Source: Octopus sinensis (Eukaryota). From it: 64,000 nucleotides of DNA. Made by a program: the position numbers and the translations under genes. Shown in pieces: positions 28,244 to 42,243 of this stretch. The stretch is taken from the NCBI RefSeq assembly GCF_006345805.1, contig NC_043026.1:310001-374000 (forward strand), in the 5' to 3' direction. Each line of letters starts with the position of its first letter. Positions within the stretch are counted from its first letter, which is position 1. The notes beneath the pieces are model-generated. The model saw only the letters and a program-made list of their open reading frames with translations, made no database searches and was not told the DNA's origin.

Positions 28244-29360
28244 GTTTGTTCTGTAACACAAGAATGGAAACTGGAGACAGATCAACGTGAAACGTCGGTC
28301 ATGAAATCAGAAGAGTACCACCCTTTAACACGCCACTGATGAAACTAGAGCGACTAACCGAAAGACTATTTCGGCGAAACGCCGGATATTGTTTCACTTT
28401 CGTTTGTATAATTAGTATCATTGTTCTGATCTATTTGATTTGCTGAAAGCTTTCCCCCACATCCTCTTTCTCTACTACCCACAAGGGGTTAAACACAGAA
28501 GAGACAAACAAGGACAGACAAACGGATTAAGTCGATTATATCGACCCCAGTGCGTAACTTGTACTTAATTTGTCGACCCTGAAAGGATAAAAGGCAAAGT
28601 GGGCCTCGGCGGAATTTGAACTCAGAACGTAGCAGCAGACGAAATACCTATTTCTCAACTACACACAAGGGGCTAAACACAGAGGGGACAAACAAGGACA
28701 GACAAATGGATTGAGTCGATTATATCGACCCCAGTGCATAACTGGTACTTATTTAATCGACCCAGAAAGGATGAAAGGTAAAGTCGACCTCGGCGGAATT
28801 TGAACTCAGAAAGTAGCGGCAGACGAAATACTGCTAAGCATTTCGCCCGGCGTGCTAACGTTTCTGCCAGCTTTCCCCAACATCACAGAGATAAAACCTC
28901 ATTTATCTACACACACGCACAACGCATGCACGTACGCATGTGCGCGCATGCACGTGTATACGCGCACGCTCGCACACACACATACACACACATCTCTTTT
29001 ACATATTGTCTGGACAGTCGTGAACTGGAACAACAACAACAGCTCTCAGAAAGAGAGAAAGAGAATCACAACTCAAAAGACCGATGTTGGATACAATATT
29101 TATATGGATTCTTTATTAACAGGTAAAACGTGACTTATGTGCATCACCAGTGGTGGTCAGCTGGATTGGGTGAATATGAACAACAACAGCTGGAATGAGA
29201 GAAAGAGAATCACAACCTCAAAGACCGATGCTGGATACAATATTTATATGGATTCTTTATTAACAGGTAAAACGTGACTTATGTGGATCACCAGTGGTGG
29301 TCAACTGGATTGTATGGACGTTAACAACATCAATAGTATCAATGGGTATCATGTGCTGGG

Positions 29361-32300
29361 TTAGTTCTGCTGCCTCAGGCGGATGAATATGGCCATGGAG
29401 TCTGCTAATGCATAACCTGCAAGTAACAAATAACAACATCAACAACAAAAAGACATTCAAATATATCGTGGGAGGGCTTTATACGTGGTCACTCGAATTA
29501 CTAGAAATAGCAGTCGATTTTCGGTCAGAATGCTTTTATTCATAAATCAGCTCAATCAAGCCTCATTGGTTGCTGAACAATAAGTACAAAATTAACTTTT
29601 AGTACTACTACTCACAGTAAGACACACACCCACACACACACACACACACGCAGAATATACAATATCACTTACCGTTGTTCCATATGACTTTCGATTTTGT
29701 ATCAGAATAACGAAATATAGGGTAGTGATCTGACATTTCCCACTGACAGTAAAGTGGTCCCTCATTGATGGTCAACCAGCCTCTGTCCCCTTCACAAAAA
29801 CCATGTATTGTTATATGGAAGCGACGTGCAAGTCTAAGGAGAAAAAGAAAAAAAAAACTTGTTTGGGTTTCAGAATGTGAAAATCTAAACATGTATTAAA
29901 TAGACTAGTATGTCCGCTATACGCAATTGAATTAGTCAGTGTTTAATTAAAAAGAGCCATCTGTGTATCATACTAAATGTGTGTACACACAAAGATGTGG
30001 GTTTAAACACTCACACACATTAAAACACACATATGCACTGACACACGCACACACACACGTACGCACACAAACACGCAGAAATGCGCAAATGTCAATACAC
30101 CAACAAAGGCGAAATTACACACGAGGCATACACTTTGGTACAAAAATAAATAAATCCACAAACGGCCACAAACATACGAGCGATAACATTTTCCTGTATT
30201 AAACATCTTATCAAAGCGCTAAATAAATATAAAACGAATTCTAGTCAAAAGAAATATTATAACGGAACATAAAAATATCTAAACCCAACGCATACAAATA
30301 AATATAATTATGGTAAAGTGGCTGTGTGGTAAGTAGCTTGCTTACCAACCACATGCTTCCGGGTTCAGTCCTACTGCGTAGCACCTTGGGTAAGTGTCTT
30401 CTACTATAGCCTCGGGCCGACCAAAGCCTTGTGAGTGGATTTGGTAGACGGAAACTGAAAGAAGCCCGTCATATATATGTAAATATATATGTGTGTGCGT
30501 GTGTGTATATGTGTGTGTATGTGTATGTGCGTGTGTGTGTGTGTATGTGTGTGTTAGTGTGTGTGTGTGTGTGTGTGCTTGTCGCCCCAACATCCCTTCA
30601 CAACCGTAACTTAGCGGTTCGGCAAAAGACACCGATCGAATAAGTACTACGCTTACAATAAATAAGTCCTGTGGTCGATTTGCTCGACTAAAGGCAGTGC
30701 TCCAGCATGGCCACAGTCAAATGACTGAAACAAATAAATGAGCACATTAAGGTGAAAATATATTTTCGTGTTTCCCACTTTGAAACATGCTTCTTGATGT
30801 GAAATCCAGGAAACTGAGCTGTTTGTCACGGGAAAACATTTAATTTAAAAGTGTGTTGTTAAAAATACGGAAATATATTAGCAATAGAGAAATAACCTTT
30901 TCCAGCGGCGGTGGAATTGCTAGGAGGAATTACAACCGTGTTTCGTGGTCTGATACCACAACACCTCCTATGTAGGATCCATTAGCTCAAGACATCATCA
31001 GGAGGAACCACGTCCGGTTTCGGCCACTACTCCTCTACCGTTTTGACGTGGGGGGATGCCCCTAGCCCTTTCGGGGATGTCTTCAGCTCTGGTGTTGTGT
31101 GCATGTCTTCTTTCTTCTGTTCCCGGGCCTCTTCGATGTATCGTCAGCGCGTGTCAGACGGTGACCGACAGACTTGTCAAAATTCTCCCTTTAAATACCT
31201 GCCACGAGACTCCAGCAGGCAGCCGCAGCAAGTTGTCACGTGACCCTGTCTCACCTTAACTGAGTAGTGAAGGCGCGTAGTTTTAGCCCGCGCATTCTCT
31301 AAACGACCGTCACCTGTCAGTCAGCGAAGCTGATTCAGTGTCAGCTTGTCTCACCAAGTGATATTATATCCGGCCGGCATGTTATGACTTTCAATACATT
31401 TTCGGGCTTCCCGCTGTACGTATTCCTGTTTCTTTCAAAACTTCAATATGAAGTAGTCATTGACATCCGCATGCGCAGACCTATTTAGCCTCGGTATAGA
31501 AAAACAGTGATTAACAAATCACCAGCGTTGCTGTTAGTCAAGAGGCAGAATATATTTCATTATTACGGACGGAAGCAGTATTAGTTCAAATTTGCATTCT
31601 GTATATTATAATAAATGAGGATATAATGTTGAAAGCCTGGAGATGCGTTGTTCATCACCAGAAAGTGTCGCGTCAAAATGTATAGTGTTAAAATTTATCT
31701 ATAGCGTACGTAAAGTGACATTTTTTAACAATATAGGTCTCTACATAACAAAATAAAAGAAGATGAAATATATATTTGCATACCTAAATCCCTCAATTGA
31801 GAATTGAACTCCGGTGGCTGAAGCTAGGTCGTTCCACGGTGAATTTTTCAACTTTTCGTGAGAGAACCAGCTTTGAAGGTTTGTATTTCGTCCATCAAAT
31901 ATTATAGTTACCACATCTGTTTTGTTTTTATAAATCACCACTTTCACCTGTAAAATAAATGAGCATGTAGCACACACATACAACCACATACGCTTACAAC
32001 CACGCACGCACATACACACATAATAAAAAGAAATGGTCAAGTTAAATAGATCGAGGTAATTCAATATGTATTTCCTTCACTGTTAGCTTAATGTCCACTC
32101 TCATTTTTACTTCGTAATTCTCTTGACCGAAATTAATCTGTTTAACATGCGAAATTAATGACTTTGATTGGTCACTGGCTCCATACGTATGTTTTTTTTT
32201 CCTGCCTTTAACCCTCCATCGCTGAGTATAGGCCACTTAGAGTTGAATTCCATGTCGCATAATTTTTCACTTCTGTACTTATACTCTTCTATGAATGTCC

Positions 32301-33889
32301 CCCTTTCTCTAGTTCCTTCTGTTGATCTACGCCATGAGTTCTTAGGCCTACCATACTTTCTATATCCAGCCGGATTACACTGTAAAGCACTTTTCGCTAT
32401 ATTTGGTGTGTCTTTTATAATTGTGCTACGAATCCACTTCTACTTTTTCTTAAATATTTGCTCCCTAATCGAAACTTGATTTGTTCTTTGCCATAGCTCC
32501 ATATTGCTTATGTGTTCGGGTCATCTAATTTTAAGTATACTACGCAAGCATCTGTTGATGAATGATTGTATTTGCTGATTTGACGTATCTTCCTATTTCA
32601 AAATGAATCATATAATATAATTAATTACACTTCACTCATATGCTACCATGATACTATCTGGTATATATCACTTAACCTTCAATACAGTATGACCTCACGA
32701 ACTGGAAGTGTTACGTAAACTTGTTATTTCATAGTATTACTTAAGATCTCGTGTTATTGCTTGCCGAGTTGTATGACACAATGTATTAATAATTTTCTGC
32801 AATACCCAAATAATACATTCGCTTTTATCTCCTTTACATGGGGATACACCCCATCCCACAAGCACATACACAGACAAACAAACACACACACAAACTAATG
32901 AATATGCATACATATATACATGGTGGCTGCCCCCTTGTTATCGAGTATGGCCATTGCACGAAGCTTAATCAATGTTGTTATCGTGCAATGCCTGTGCAAG
33001 AAGATTTTTTATTAAGTGAGGAAGGGCTCTGCACTGAGTCAACCCCACTCACTAAGCAACAGCAGCCATAATCCGAAAAGAAGAACAAGTCAACATCATC
33101 GGTAACCACTGAGCAGCAGTTTTACATCGGAGTTATCCCAGTTACCTGAGCTACCTTCTCCTAGAAGGATGCTTTAACTAAGGCTAGAAGTCCTTCACTC
33201 CCAATGGTTTAACCGCGTGATCGGGTATTCAGTCCGATTATTTCTATGTCCCCGCGCATGATACATCCTTAATACATTTATTCAATGGCCATTGACTCTC
33301 AAGAGTTCCTCCGCCCTTTGACGGGTTTTGTTTTTCATCCCGCAGTGTGTCGAATAAACACCCTCCTCACCAAGCAAGCTTGGTGGGGTTGCCGGTTTAC
33401 TCGCCGACGGCCCGACAATGCAACAGGTTGTACTCGGTTACATGTTACCAGTAGCACTCGAAAGTGACCTGACATACATACATACATACATACATAAATA
33501 CAAACGTACACACATGCATATATTCATACAAACGTACACACATGCATACACACACATATATGTATATATATATGCATACACATATATGCATACACACATA
33601 CATACATGTATGCATATATACATACGTATGTGTATACACATGCACACTAACGCACGCACATGCGCACAAACAAGCAGAAGGAACGCAGCCCTGATAACGG
33701 ACAGGCTCAATGACTTTTGAAAGACGTAACGAAATTTTAGAAAAAATAAGTAAATGAGTGGAAATCGAACCGGTGCGTGTGTTAACTAATAAGGCACTAA
33801 AAAGAGAATGACTCTCCCCACATACAATAAACTGTGCTTTAACACACGAATTCACATAAAGAATAACCAAATACAAAAACCATATCTAC

Positions 33890-33939
<50 letters not shown>

Positions 33940-35856
33940 GTCTGTCTGTCTATTTATCTATCTATCTATCTGTCTATCTATCTATCTATCTTTCTCAATC
34001 TCTCCAACAAGGGAGAGTCTTTCGTTCATGATAAATATTCTTATTACTGCGGTTTGCCGCAGATAAGATTCTTTACAACGGCGAGCTGGCAGAAACGTTA
34101 GCACGCCGGGAGAAATGCTTAGCTGTATTTCGTCTGCGTTACGTTGTGAGTTCAAATTCCGCCGAGGTCGACTTTGCCTTTCATTCTTTCGGGGTCGATA
34201 AATTAAGTACCAGTTACGCACTGGGGTCGATGTAATCGACTTAATACCTATGTCGGTCCTTGTTTGTCCTCTCGGTGTTTAGCCCCTTGTGGGTAATAAA
34301 GAAATACGTATTTCGTATGTGGTTACGTTCCGAGTTCAAATATCGCCGAGGTCCACTTTGCCTTTCATCTTTTCGGGGTCAGTAAATTAAGTACCAGTTA
34401 TGCACCGGGGTCAACGTAATCGACTTAATCCGTTTGTCTGTCCTTGTTTGTCCCCTCTGTGTTTAGCCCCTTGTGGGTAGTAAATGGGAAAAAAAGGAAA
34501 AAAAAATTCCTTACAACAATACTTCGTCAACCTAATAAATAATTTCTAGAAATCAAATATATTCCAAACATAATTGAATTATCTAAAAGCCGGTTAATCA
34601 TTATAACGATTATGAAGACAATGATGTGTTGCGCACTCGCGCGTTTGTGCATGCATAACATACATACCTCATCAATTGGAAGATTGTTCCAGAAATTTAG
34701 GAAAGGATGTCGGAAGAAGTTAGGACAAAGGTACCATTGCATTAGTCCACATTCCAGGTTGAAGGAAGTCCTATATTCAGGAATGAATTATAGACTTTCG
34801 AACCAGCTCCCTTTGATATGGCATATACTTTGATCCATTTGCTATCTGAAATAATAATTATAACAACAATAGTAATAATAATGATGATAGAGGTATCGGC
34901 ACCTAGCTATCAGCACGGTTAAAAAAGATTGGTGCACGTGTGAAGGTGGAACACCTTCAAAGAATAAGCATTGCTTGGAACTGTAAGAATTCTTTGCAGA
35001 GTTCTTGAAGCATGGCCAGGAAATAAGCGTCACCTTAGTCTGCTAAGCTGTGGACAGCTGACACGTTCCATCATAACCAGCAAAATAAGTTGTGAGATTT
35101 CATATAATAAGAATAACAACAACAACAACAACAACAGCAACAACAACAACAACAACAAAAACAACAACAAAAACAACAACAACAATAACAATAACAATAA
35201 TAATAATAATAATAATAATAATAAGTATAATAATGATAATAATAATAAATACCCTGATGCCGTACCTGACAGTAGCTCTCATGGCTTCTGATCTTAAGTG
35301 ATTGGAAGTGTTATCTTACGAATAGCAAAGGACCACGTTTCGGACTTCTCCCACTACTGGGACGAAGACCGCTTCGCTCAACAAACAAACAAACAAACAG
35401 CAACAACAATATTAATATTGATTTCAAATTTTGGCACAAGGCCAGCAAATTATTGGAGAGAAAAGTAAATCGATTTCATTGACCTCACTCTTCAACTGGT
35501 ACCGCAAAAAGCAAAATAAAGGAACAAAACAAAACAGTAATAATAAAGAAGATTCACTTACTTCTATAGAAGGAAATCTCGTTCTTGTTATTCGTGCTGA
35601 CGACTGTCATTATATTTTTCGGTGAGTAATTCTTACAAGCATGGCTGACTTTGTTGTAAGTGAAAAATTGCGATTGGCTCCTCTGAGCGAGCGCGGTGCA
35701 GTCGTGTAGGTTTCGTGTTGAGAAGAATTGTTCTGTTGGAGGTGTCCCAATATAACCATAGGAATAACCAGGTCCCAAACGTTTGTAGTAGCCATCAAGT
35801 TCCTGATCTGAGGTAACAACCAGAATTGTTGTAAGGGTTAACAGCAGCACTGCCAT
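29361..35856 (-). pseudogene. Gene copy C: exons 35856-35562, 34845-34668, 31947-31784, 29833-29673, 29416-29361; premature stop in exon 2
   Basis: GAC AAA has become GAC TAA (in frame, 34744-34742), followed by a 1-bp deletion in a T-run, so exon 2 is 178 nt instead of 179. Confidence 0.82.
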
Positions 35857-36623
35857 TGCAGCTGGACAAGTAAAAGCAGACTGGAAAATTCTTGGCTCTA
35901 TGATTGCTAAAAGTAGACAGAAGGGGGAAAGAAATGGCATGAAAGAGAGAAAGAATGAGGTGGGGTGAAATATGAAGAGATTCAGCAATGAGACAAAATG
36001 AATTTTAATAAAGAGAGAACGGGGAAGAGAAAGACAAGGAGAAAAGAAAAAAGTTAGAGAGTAACAGAGAGAAATCCTGAAAAAGAAGAGAGAGATACAA
36101 TGAGAAGATGGAAAGTGTTTGTGTGTGAGAGGAAGGTTGTTCGGAAGAGAAAACGCAAAAGGAATAACATATAATTTAGAATAAAAAATTTAAAATAAAT
36201 TACGCTTATTGGTAAAGACGCAGGTCCTGGGGAAGATTTTAAGTTGTATACGTTACGGGGCCCTGGTTTGAGATTTCCAGGGTTTTCAAGTGTTTGGAAA
36301 CACTTCTTAGCCAATGTTGTTCCCAGGTTAGTTTTATCCGGAGTAGACGTACTCGGTAGGTTCCCACATATGAGTTAATTAATAATTCAGTTGATCAGAT
36401 GGGGCTCATTAGCCTGGTGTTGGTGGTGGTAGTGGGGCTACCTATCATAGGGGAAAGAAAAATCTGATTTCAATCCTCCGTTACCTTGCAATAATACTAA
36501 ACCATGGGAAAGTGTTTGGGTGTAAACACTGAGGTAAAAGCGGGTATACTAGTCTATTTAATACATGTTTAGATTTTCATATTCTGAAACCCAAACAAGT
36601 TGTTTTGTTCTTTTTCTCCTTAG

Positions 36624-37102
36624 ACTTGCACGTCGCTTCCATATAACAATACATGGTTTTTGTGAAAGGGACAGAGGATGGCTGACCATCAATGAGGGAC
36701 CATATGTATGTGAGTTCGATAAGTCAGATCACTACCCTACAATTCGTTATTCTGATACAAAATCGAAAGTCGGATGGAACAACGGTAAGTGATATTGTAT
36801 CTTCTGTGTGTGTGTGTGTGTGTCTTACTGTGAGTAGTAATAATAGAACTTTTGTACTTATTGTTTAGCGGCCAATCAGCCTTGATTCAACTGATTTATA
36901 TTCAAAGGCGTTCCAACAGTGACCGACCCACAAAACGATGCAGAGATTCGGCTGCCATTTCTAGTAATTCGAGTGACCACTTATAAAGTCCTCCCACGAT
37001 ATATTTGAAATCCTTTTGTTATTGATGTTGTTATTGTTACTTGCAGGTTATGCATTAGCAGACTCCATGGCCATATTCATCCGCCTGAGGCAGCAGAACT
37101 AA
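36624..37102 (+). pseudogene. Orphan exons 4 (36624-36784) and 5 (37047-37102) just right of the inversion junction
   Basis: Open exons with intact splice sites ([53 protein letters not shown] / [18 protein letters not shown]), but no same-strand exons 1-3 directly upstream. Confidence 0.85.
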
Positions 37103-37589
37103 CCCAGCACATGATAACCATTGATACTATTGATGTTGTTAACGTCCATCCAATCCAGCTGACCACCACTGGTGATCCACACAAGTCACGTTTTACCTTT
37201 TAATAAGGAATCCATATAAATATTCTATCCAAAATCGGTCTTTTGAGTTGTGATTCTCTTTCTCTCATTCCAGCTGTTGTTGTTCATATTCACCCAATCC
37301 AGCTGACCACCACTGGTGATGCACATAAGTCACGTTTTACCTGTTAATAAAGAATCCATATAAATATTGTATCCAACATCGGTCTTTTGAGTTGTGATTC
37401 TCTTTCTCTCTTTCTGAGAGCTGTTGTTGTTGTTCCAGTTCACGACTGTCCAGACAATATGTAAAAGAGATGTGTGTGTATGTGTGTGTGCGAGCGTGCG
37501 CGTATACACGTGCATGCGCGCCCATGCGTACGTGCGTGCGTTGTGCGTGAGTGTAGATATCTGCGGTTTTGTCTCTGTGATGTTGGGGA

Positions 37590-37995
37590 AAGCTGGCAGA
37601 AAAGTTAGCACGCCGTGCCAAATGCTTAGCAGTATTTCGGCTACCGCAACGTTCTGAGTTCAAATTCCGCCGAGGTCGACTTTACCTTTCATCCTTTCGG
37701 TGACGATTAAATAAGTATCATTTACGCACTTGGGTCGATATAATCGACTTAATTCGTTTGTCTGTCCTTGTTTGTCCCCTCTATGTTTAGCCCCTTGTGG
37801 GTAGTAGAGAAATAGGTATTTCGTCTGCTGCTACGTTCTGAGTTCAAATTCCGCCGAGGCCCACTTTGCCTTTTATTCTTTCAGGGTCGATAAATTAAGT
37901 ACAAGTTACGCACTGGGGTCGATATAATCGACATAATCCGTTTTTCTGTCCTTGTTTGTCCCTTCTGTGTTTAATCCCTTGTGGGTAGTAAAGAA
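37590..37995 (+). mobile_element. SINE family 2 multimer downstream of the gene (dimers at 7231-7620, 17990-18392, 28470-28872 -; trimers at 49941-50465 and 60838-61410 +)
   Basis: ~180 bp internal units that restart at GTATTTCGTC. Confidence 0.75.
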
Positions 37996-38218
37996 AGAGG
38001 ATGTGGGGAAGGCTTTCAGCAAATCAAATAGATCAGAACAATGATACTAATTATACAAAGTAAAGTGAAACAATATCCGGCGTTTCGCCGAAACAGTCTT
38101 TCGGTTGGTCTCTCTAGTTTCATCAGTGGCGTGTTAAAGGGTGGTACTCTTCTGATTTCTTGACCGACGTTTCACTTTGATCTCTCTCCAGCTTCCATTC
38201 TTGTGTTACAGAACAAAC

Positions 38219-38981
38219 GTGGCAGCTCTACTAGAAGTGTGCAGTAAGGGAAAATAGGGATCAGTGAAACTGCTTCTCTAATCTGAATGTGTGTCAGGGG
38301 CTGCAATTCTTCGCAGGCTTTCAATACAATTAAGGAACAGCGCTCTACTGCGTAGAAGTATTTACGAGAAGAGGGAGAAGTTTTAAATGGCCGGACAAGC
38401 GTGAAATACGAGGAGTGATAAGGACACCCATTAACCGTCACCGGTGACGTGGAGATTCAACAATTTTCAGAGATGCTTCTGACGAAACAACGATTTCCCA
38501 TTAATGAGATGTCTTATTCTCTGAAAATTATTATGGGTCTGCATCCGCGACAAGCTTCGGTTCTGCGGAGTTAGTGCGAGAAGGGCGCCAAGAGAGCTTT
38601 TCGATGTGAATAAGCGCAATCGTGTGGATTTTTGTCAATTCTAACTTTAACGCTTCAGTGATGAAACTAAAGTTGTTTTGAGGGAGCGTAGACACGATTG
38701 ATGAAATCGGGGCCCATAACTTTCAGCCAGAATCCAAAAGGTTTAGTATGAAGCGGAAACGAAACAAATCACCAGTGGAAAAGAAATTCAAGATTCAACC
38801 GTCGGCAGAAAAATGTGATGCTAAGCGTTTGGGGGGATGCAAAAGGGTCTATATTGCAACATTGTCCCTTAAAAGGGGTCTACAGTGTAATGTTGGTTAA
38901 CAAAGGGAAACCAGCAATTCGTAACAAACGCCGATGTCTATTATTGTAAGACAAATCACGCCCATATTCAGCCACCCACAC
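38219..38981 (+). mobile_element. Mariner transposase pseudogene fragment
   Basis: Degenerate translation across frames gives MAAxLEVC..GRTSV, KLRF..SARRAPRE, TxDE..HNFEPESK..KKFK.QPSA.KVMLSVxxDAKG and PAIRNKRR..DNARP (first and second catalytic Asp regions); truncated by (GATA)n. Confidence 0.82.
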
Positions 38982-38995
38982 GTAGATAGTAGTTT

Positions 38996-39090
<95 letters not shown>

Positions 39091-40214
39091 TGATAAAGCA
39101 ATAGATAGATAGTTAGATTACCTTATAATAAAGCACCGTTAATTCCTAAGATACATGTAAAAACATGCAGAGTGAAACTGGTGAGAACTGTTCGTGTTAT
39201 GCTTCGATGTCTGTAACTGTTGGCGTGTTTATTTGTCATGAAATGAAGAAAATTATCTATTAACGCATCAACTATCAATGGTTGTAATTAAGAGTGTACA
39301 CAGGTGAGGACTAGGTTCTTGTTCCATCATTCACGGTGATTGATTTCAATGATTTCCTATAATGAAAGTCTTCGGTATAGTGACCTCAATTGTTCTGCTT
39401 TTATATCTCCACTCACAGAAACACCAACATCACATCACGCTATCACCAGGTATTAAAACTACAACGTCACTATCACAAACAGCGCATCAGCCCTACTGCT
39501 AACATCGGAACGACGTCAGTAAACACATAGCCGTATTTTCTGCGAGCTTAGTGAAACGCATGTCTCTATTGAAGGCCCTTTTATTCTTCATAGCAATCAA
39601 AGGAGACATATTGGAAAATCTGGTTTATTTTTACTTCTGTGGAGAAACAGACAAATTAGTAAACAGTCTTGAACTAAGTTGATTGTCTTTTTTTGCTCAT
39701 TTATGGACAGTCTATACGGTTTGATTATTTATGGGCAGGTCTAAGTCTGTAAATAATACTGATAAGAGAAATTAGGAGAGATATCAGTGGCCAGTACTGA
39801 CAGTTACGAAGTGTTCAGACATCTGAAGACACAACTGTGTGTAATAGAGGGTAATATTGACGGGAGAAGACAGTAAGGGAAACAGTGATAAAGGTGTGAC
39901 ATTCACGAACCTTCCTTACAAGAAGTCCTTACAGAACCACCTGAAGTGTGCGCTCTCCGCCCTACCTCACTGAAAGTAAGTGTGCTTTCTATCACATTGC
40001 ATTTTATGTGTTCGGGTACGTGTTATGGCTAGGATATGTTGCAGTTAAGATTAGAGTGTGTGTGTGTGTGACAACAGTTGAAATAAGGGTGATTGCGCGT
40101 GCAAACGCCAATCTTGCGCTCTTTCAATTGTTGTATCGAGTAAACGCTCTCTCTCTCTCTCACATACACACTGTTTCCCTCGTTTCGTTCTCTCTCACAG
40201 CTAGCTAACTAGCG

Positions 40215-40246
<32 letters not shown>

Positions 40247-40275
40247 CTCTGTATGTACGTATGTATGTGTGTATA

Positions 40276-40311
<36 letters not shown>

Positions 40312-40448
40312 TGTATGTATGTATGTATGATGTATGTATGTATGTATGTATGTATGTATGTATGATGTATGTATGTACGTATGTATGTATGTATGTATAT
40401 ACATACATAAAGACAGACAGACAAACAGGCAGGCAAGCAGACAGACAT

Positions 40449-40479
<31 letters not shown>

Positions 40480-40647
40480 TATCTAAAGTGTGCGCTCTCC
40501 GCCCTATCTCACTGAAAGTAAGTGTTTTTTTCTATCACATTGCATTTTGTGTATTCGGGTACGTGTTATGGCTAGGATATCTCTCTCTCTCTCACACACA
40601 CTCACTGTTTCCGTCCTTTCTTTCTCTCTCACAGCTAGCTAACTAGC

Positions 40648-40681
<34 letters not shown>

Positions 40682-40890
40682 CGTGTATGTATGTATGTAT
40701 ACATGTGTGTATGTATGTATGTATGTATGTATGTATGTATGTATGTATGTATGTATGTATGTATGTATGTATGTATGTATGTATGATGTATGTATGTATG
40801 TATGTATGTATATATATATACATACATACAGACAGACAGACAGACAGGCAGGCAAGAAGATAGACAGACAGATAGATAGATAGATAGATG
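40215..40890. repeat. Locally duplicated (TA)(TATG)(GATA) compound microsatellite block upstream of copy D
   Basis: Block ~39945-40480 is repeated, with an internal deletion, at ~40485-40890. Confidence 0.75.
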
Positions 40891-41568
40891 CAAAGGGCTT
40901 CCACATACTTTCCGGCTACAAGATTCCCTCTCTAGGCATTGGTTGGCCGGGCCAATACTAGAAGACACTTGCCCAAGTAGCCGCTCAGTGGGATTGAACC
41001 GGGAAGCATGTGATTACCAAGCGAGCTCCTTAATCTTACAGCTGTGCCTGAACCTATATTCTATAGTCTCAGTTATTAATGGTCATGAATGAAGGCCCTA
41101 GAATTACTACCAATTCTTGAAAACCCTGGATATCTCAAACCAGGGCCCCGTAATACAACTTAAAATCTTCCCCGAATACAACTTAAAATCTTCCCCAGGA
41201 CCTGCGTCTTTACCAATAACCGTAATATATTTTAAATTTTTTATTCTAAATTATATGTTATTCCTTTTGCGTTTTCTCTTCCGAACAACCTTCCTCTCAC
41301 ACACAAACACTTTCCATCTTCTCATTGTATCTCTCTCTTCTTTTTCAGGATTTCTCTCTGTTACTCTCTAAATTTTTTCTTCTCTCCTTGTCTTTCTCTT
41401 CCCCGTTCTCTCTTTATTAAAATTCATTTTGTCTCATTGCTGAATCTCTTCATATTTCACCCCACCTCATTCTTTCTCTCTTTCATGCCATTTCTTTCCC
41501 CCTTCTGTCTACTTTTAGCAATCATAGAGTCAAGAATGTTCCAGTCAGCTTTTACTCGTCCAGCTGCA

Positions 41569-41863
41569 ATGGCAGTGCTGCTGTTAACCCTTACACCAAT
41601 TCTGGTTGCTACCTCAGATCAGGAACTTGATGGCTACTACAAACGTTTGGGAACTGGTTATTCCTATGGTTATATTGGGACACCTCCAACAGAACAATTC
41701 TCCTCAACACGAAACCTACTCGACTGCACCGCGCTCGCTCAGAGGAGCCAATCGCAATTTTTCACTTACAACAAAGTCAGCCATGCTTGTAAGAATTACT
41801 CACCGAAAAATATAATGACAGTCGTCAGCACGAATAACAAGAACGAGATTTCCTTCTATAGAA
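41569..41863 (+). CDS. Copy D exon 1 (signal peptide + PAN/apple-like segment)
   Basis: GCAATGG start context; ends AGA A|gtaagt; DC...FTYN....C..Y resembles a PAN core that retains two Cys. Confidence 0.85.
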
Positions 41864-42197
41864 GTAAGTGAATCTTCTTTATTATTACTGTTTGTTTTGT
41901 TCCTTTATTTTGCTTTTTGCGGTAGCAGTTGAAGAGTGAGGTCAATGAAATCGACTTACTTTTCTCTCCAATAATTTGCTGGCCTTGTGCCAAAATTTGA
42001 AATCAATATTAATATTGTTGTTGTGTTTTGTTTGTTTATTTGTTGAGCGAAGCGGTCTTCGTCTCAGTAGTGGGAGAAGTCCGAAACGTGGTCCTTTGCT
42101 ATTCGTAAGATAACACTTCCAATCACTTAAGATCAGAAGCCATGAGAGCCACTGTCAGGTACTGCATCAGGGTATTTATTATTATTATCATTTTTAA

Positions 42198-42243
<46 letters not shown>

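Larger units (their letters stand above)
4127..36545 (-). repeat. Inverted block of three ~10.5-10.6 kb tandem gene units (A, B, C)
   Basis: Exon spacing A-B ~10.5 kb and B-C ~10.6 kb; reverse complement of the units at 36546-63400. Confidence 0.9.

Noticed and set aside
34720-34735. 1-bp frameshift in copy C exon 2 as an independent biological lesion
   Set aside because: The 33.7-34.8 kb region has several single-base losses in homopolymers relative to its paralogs, which is typical of long-read consensus error. The pseudogene call rests on the TAA shared with copy E instead.
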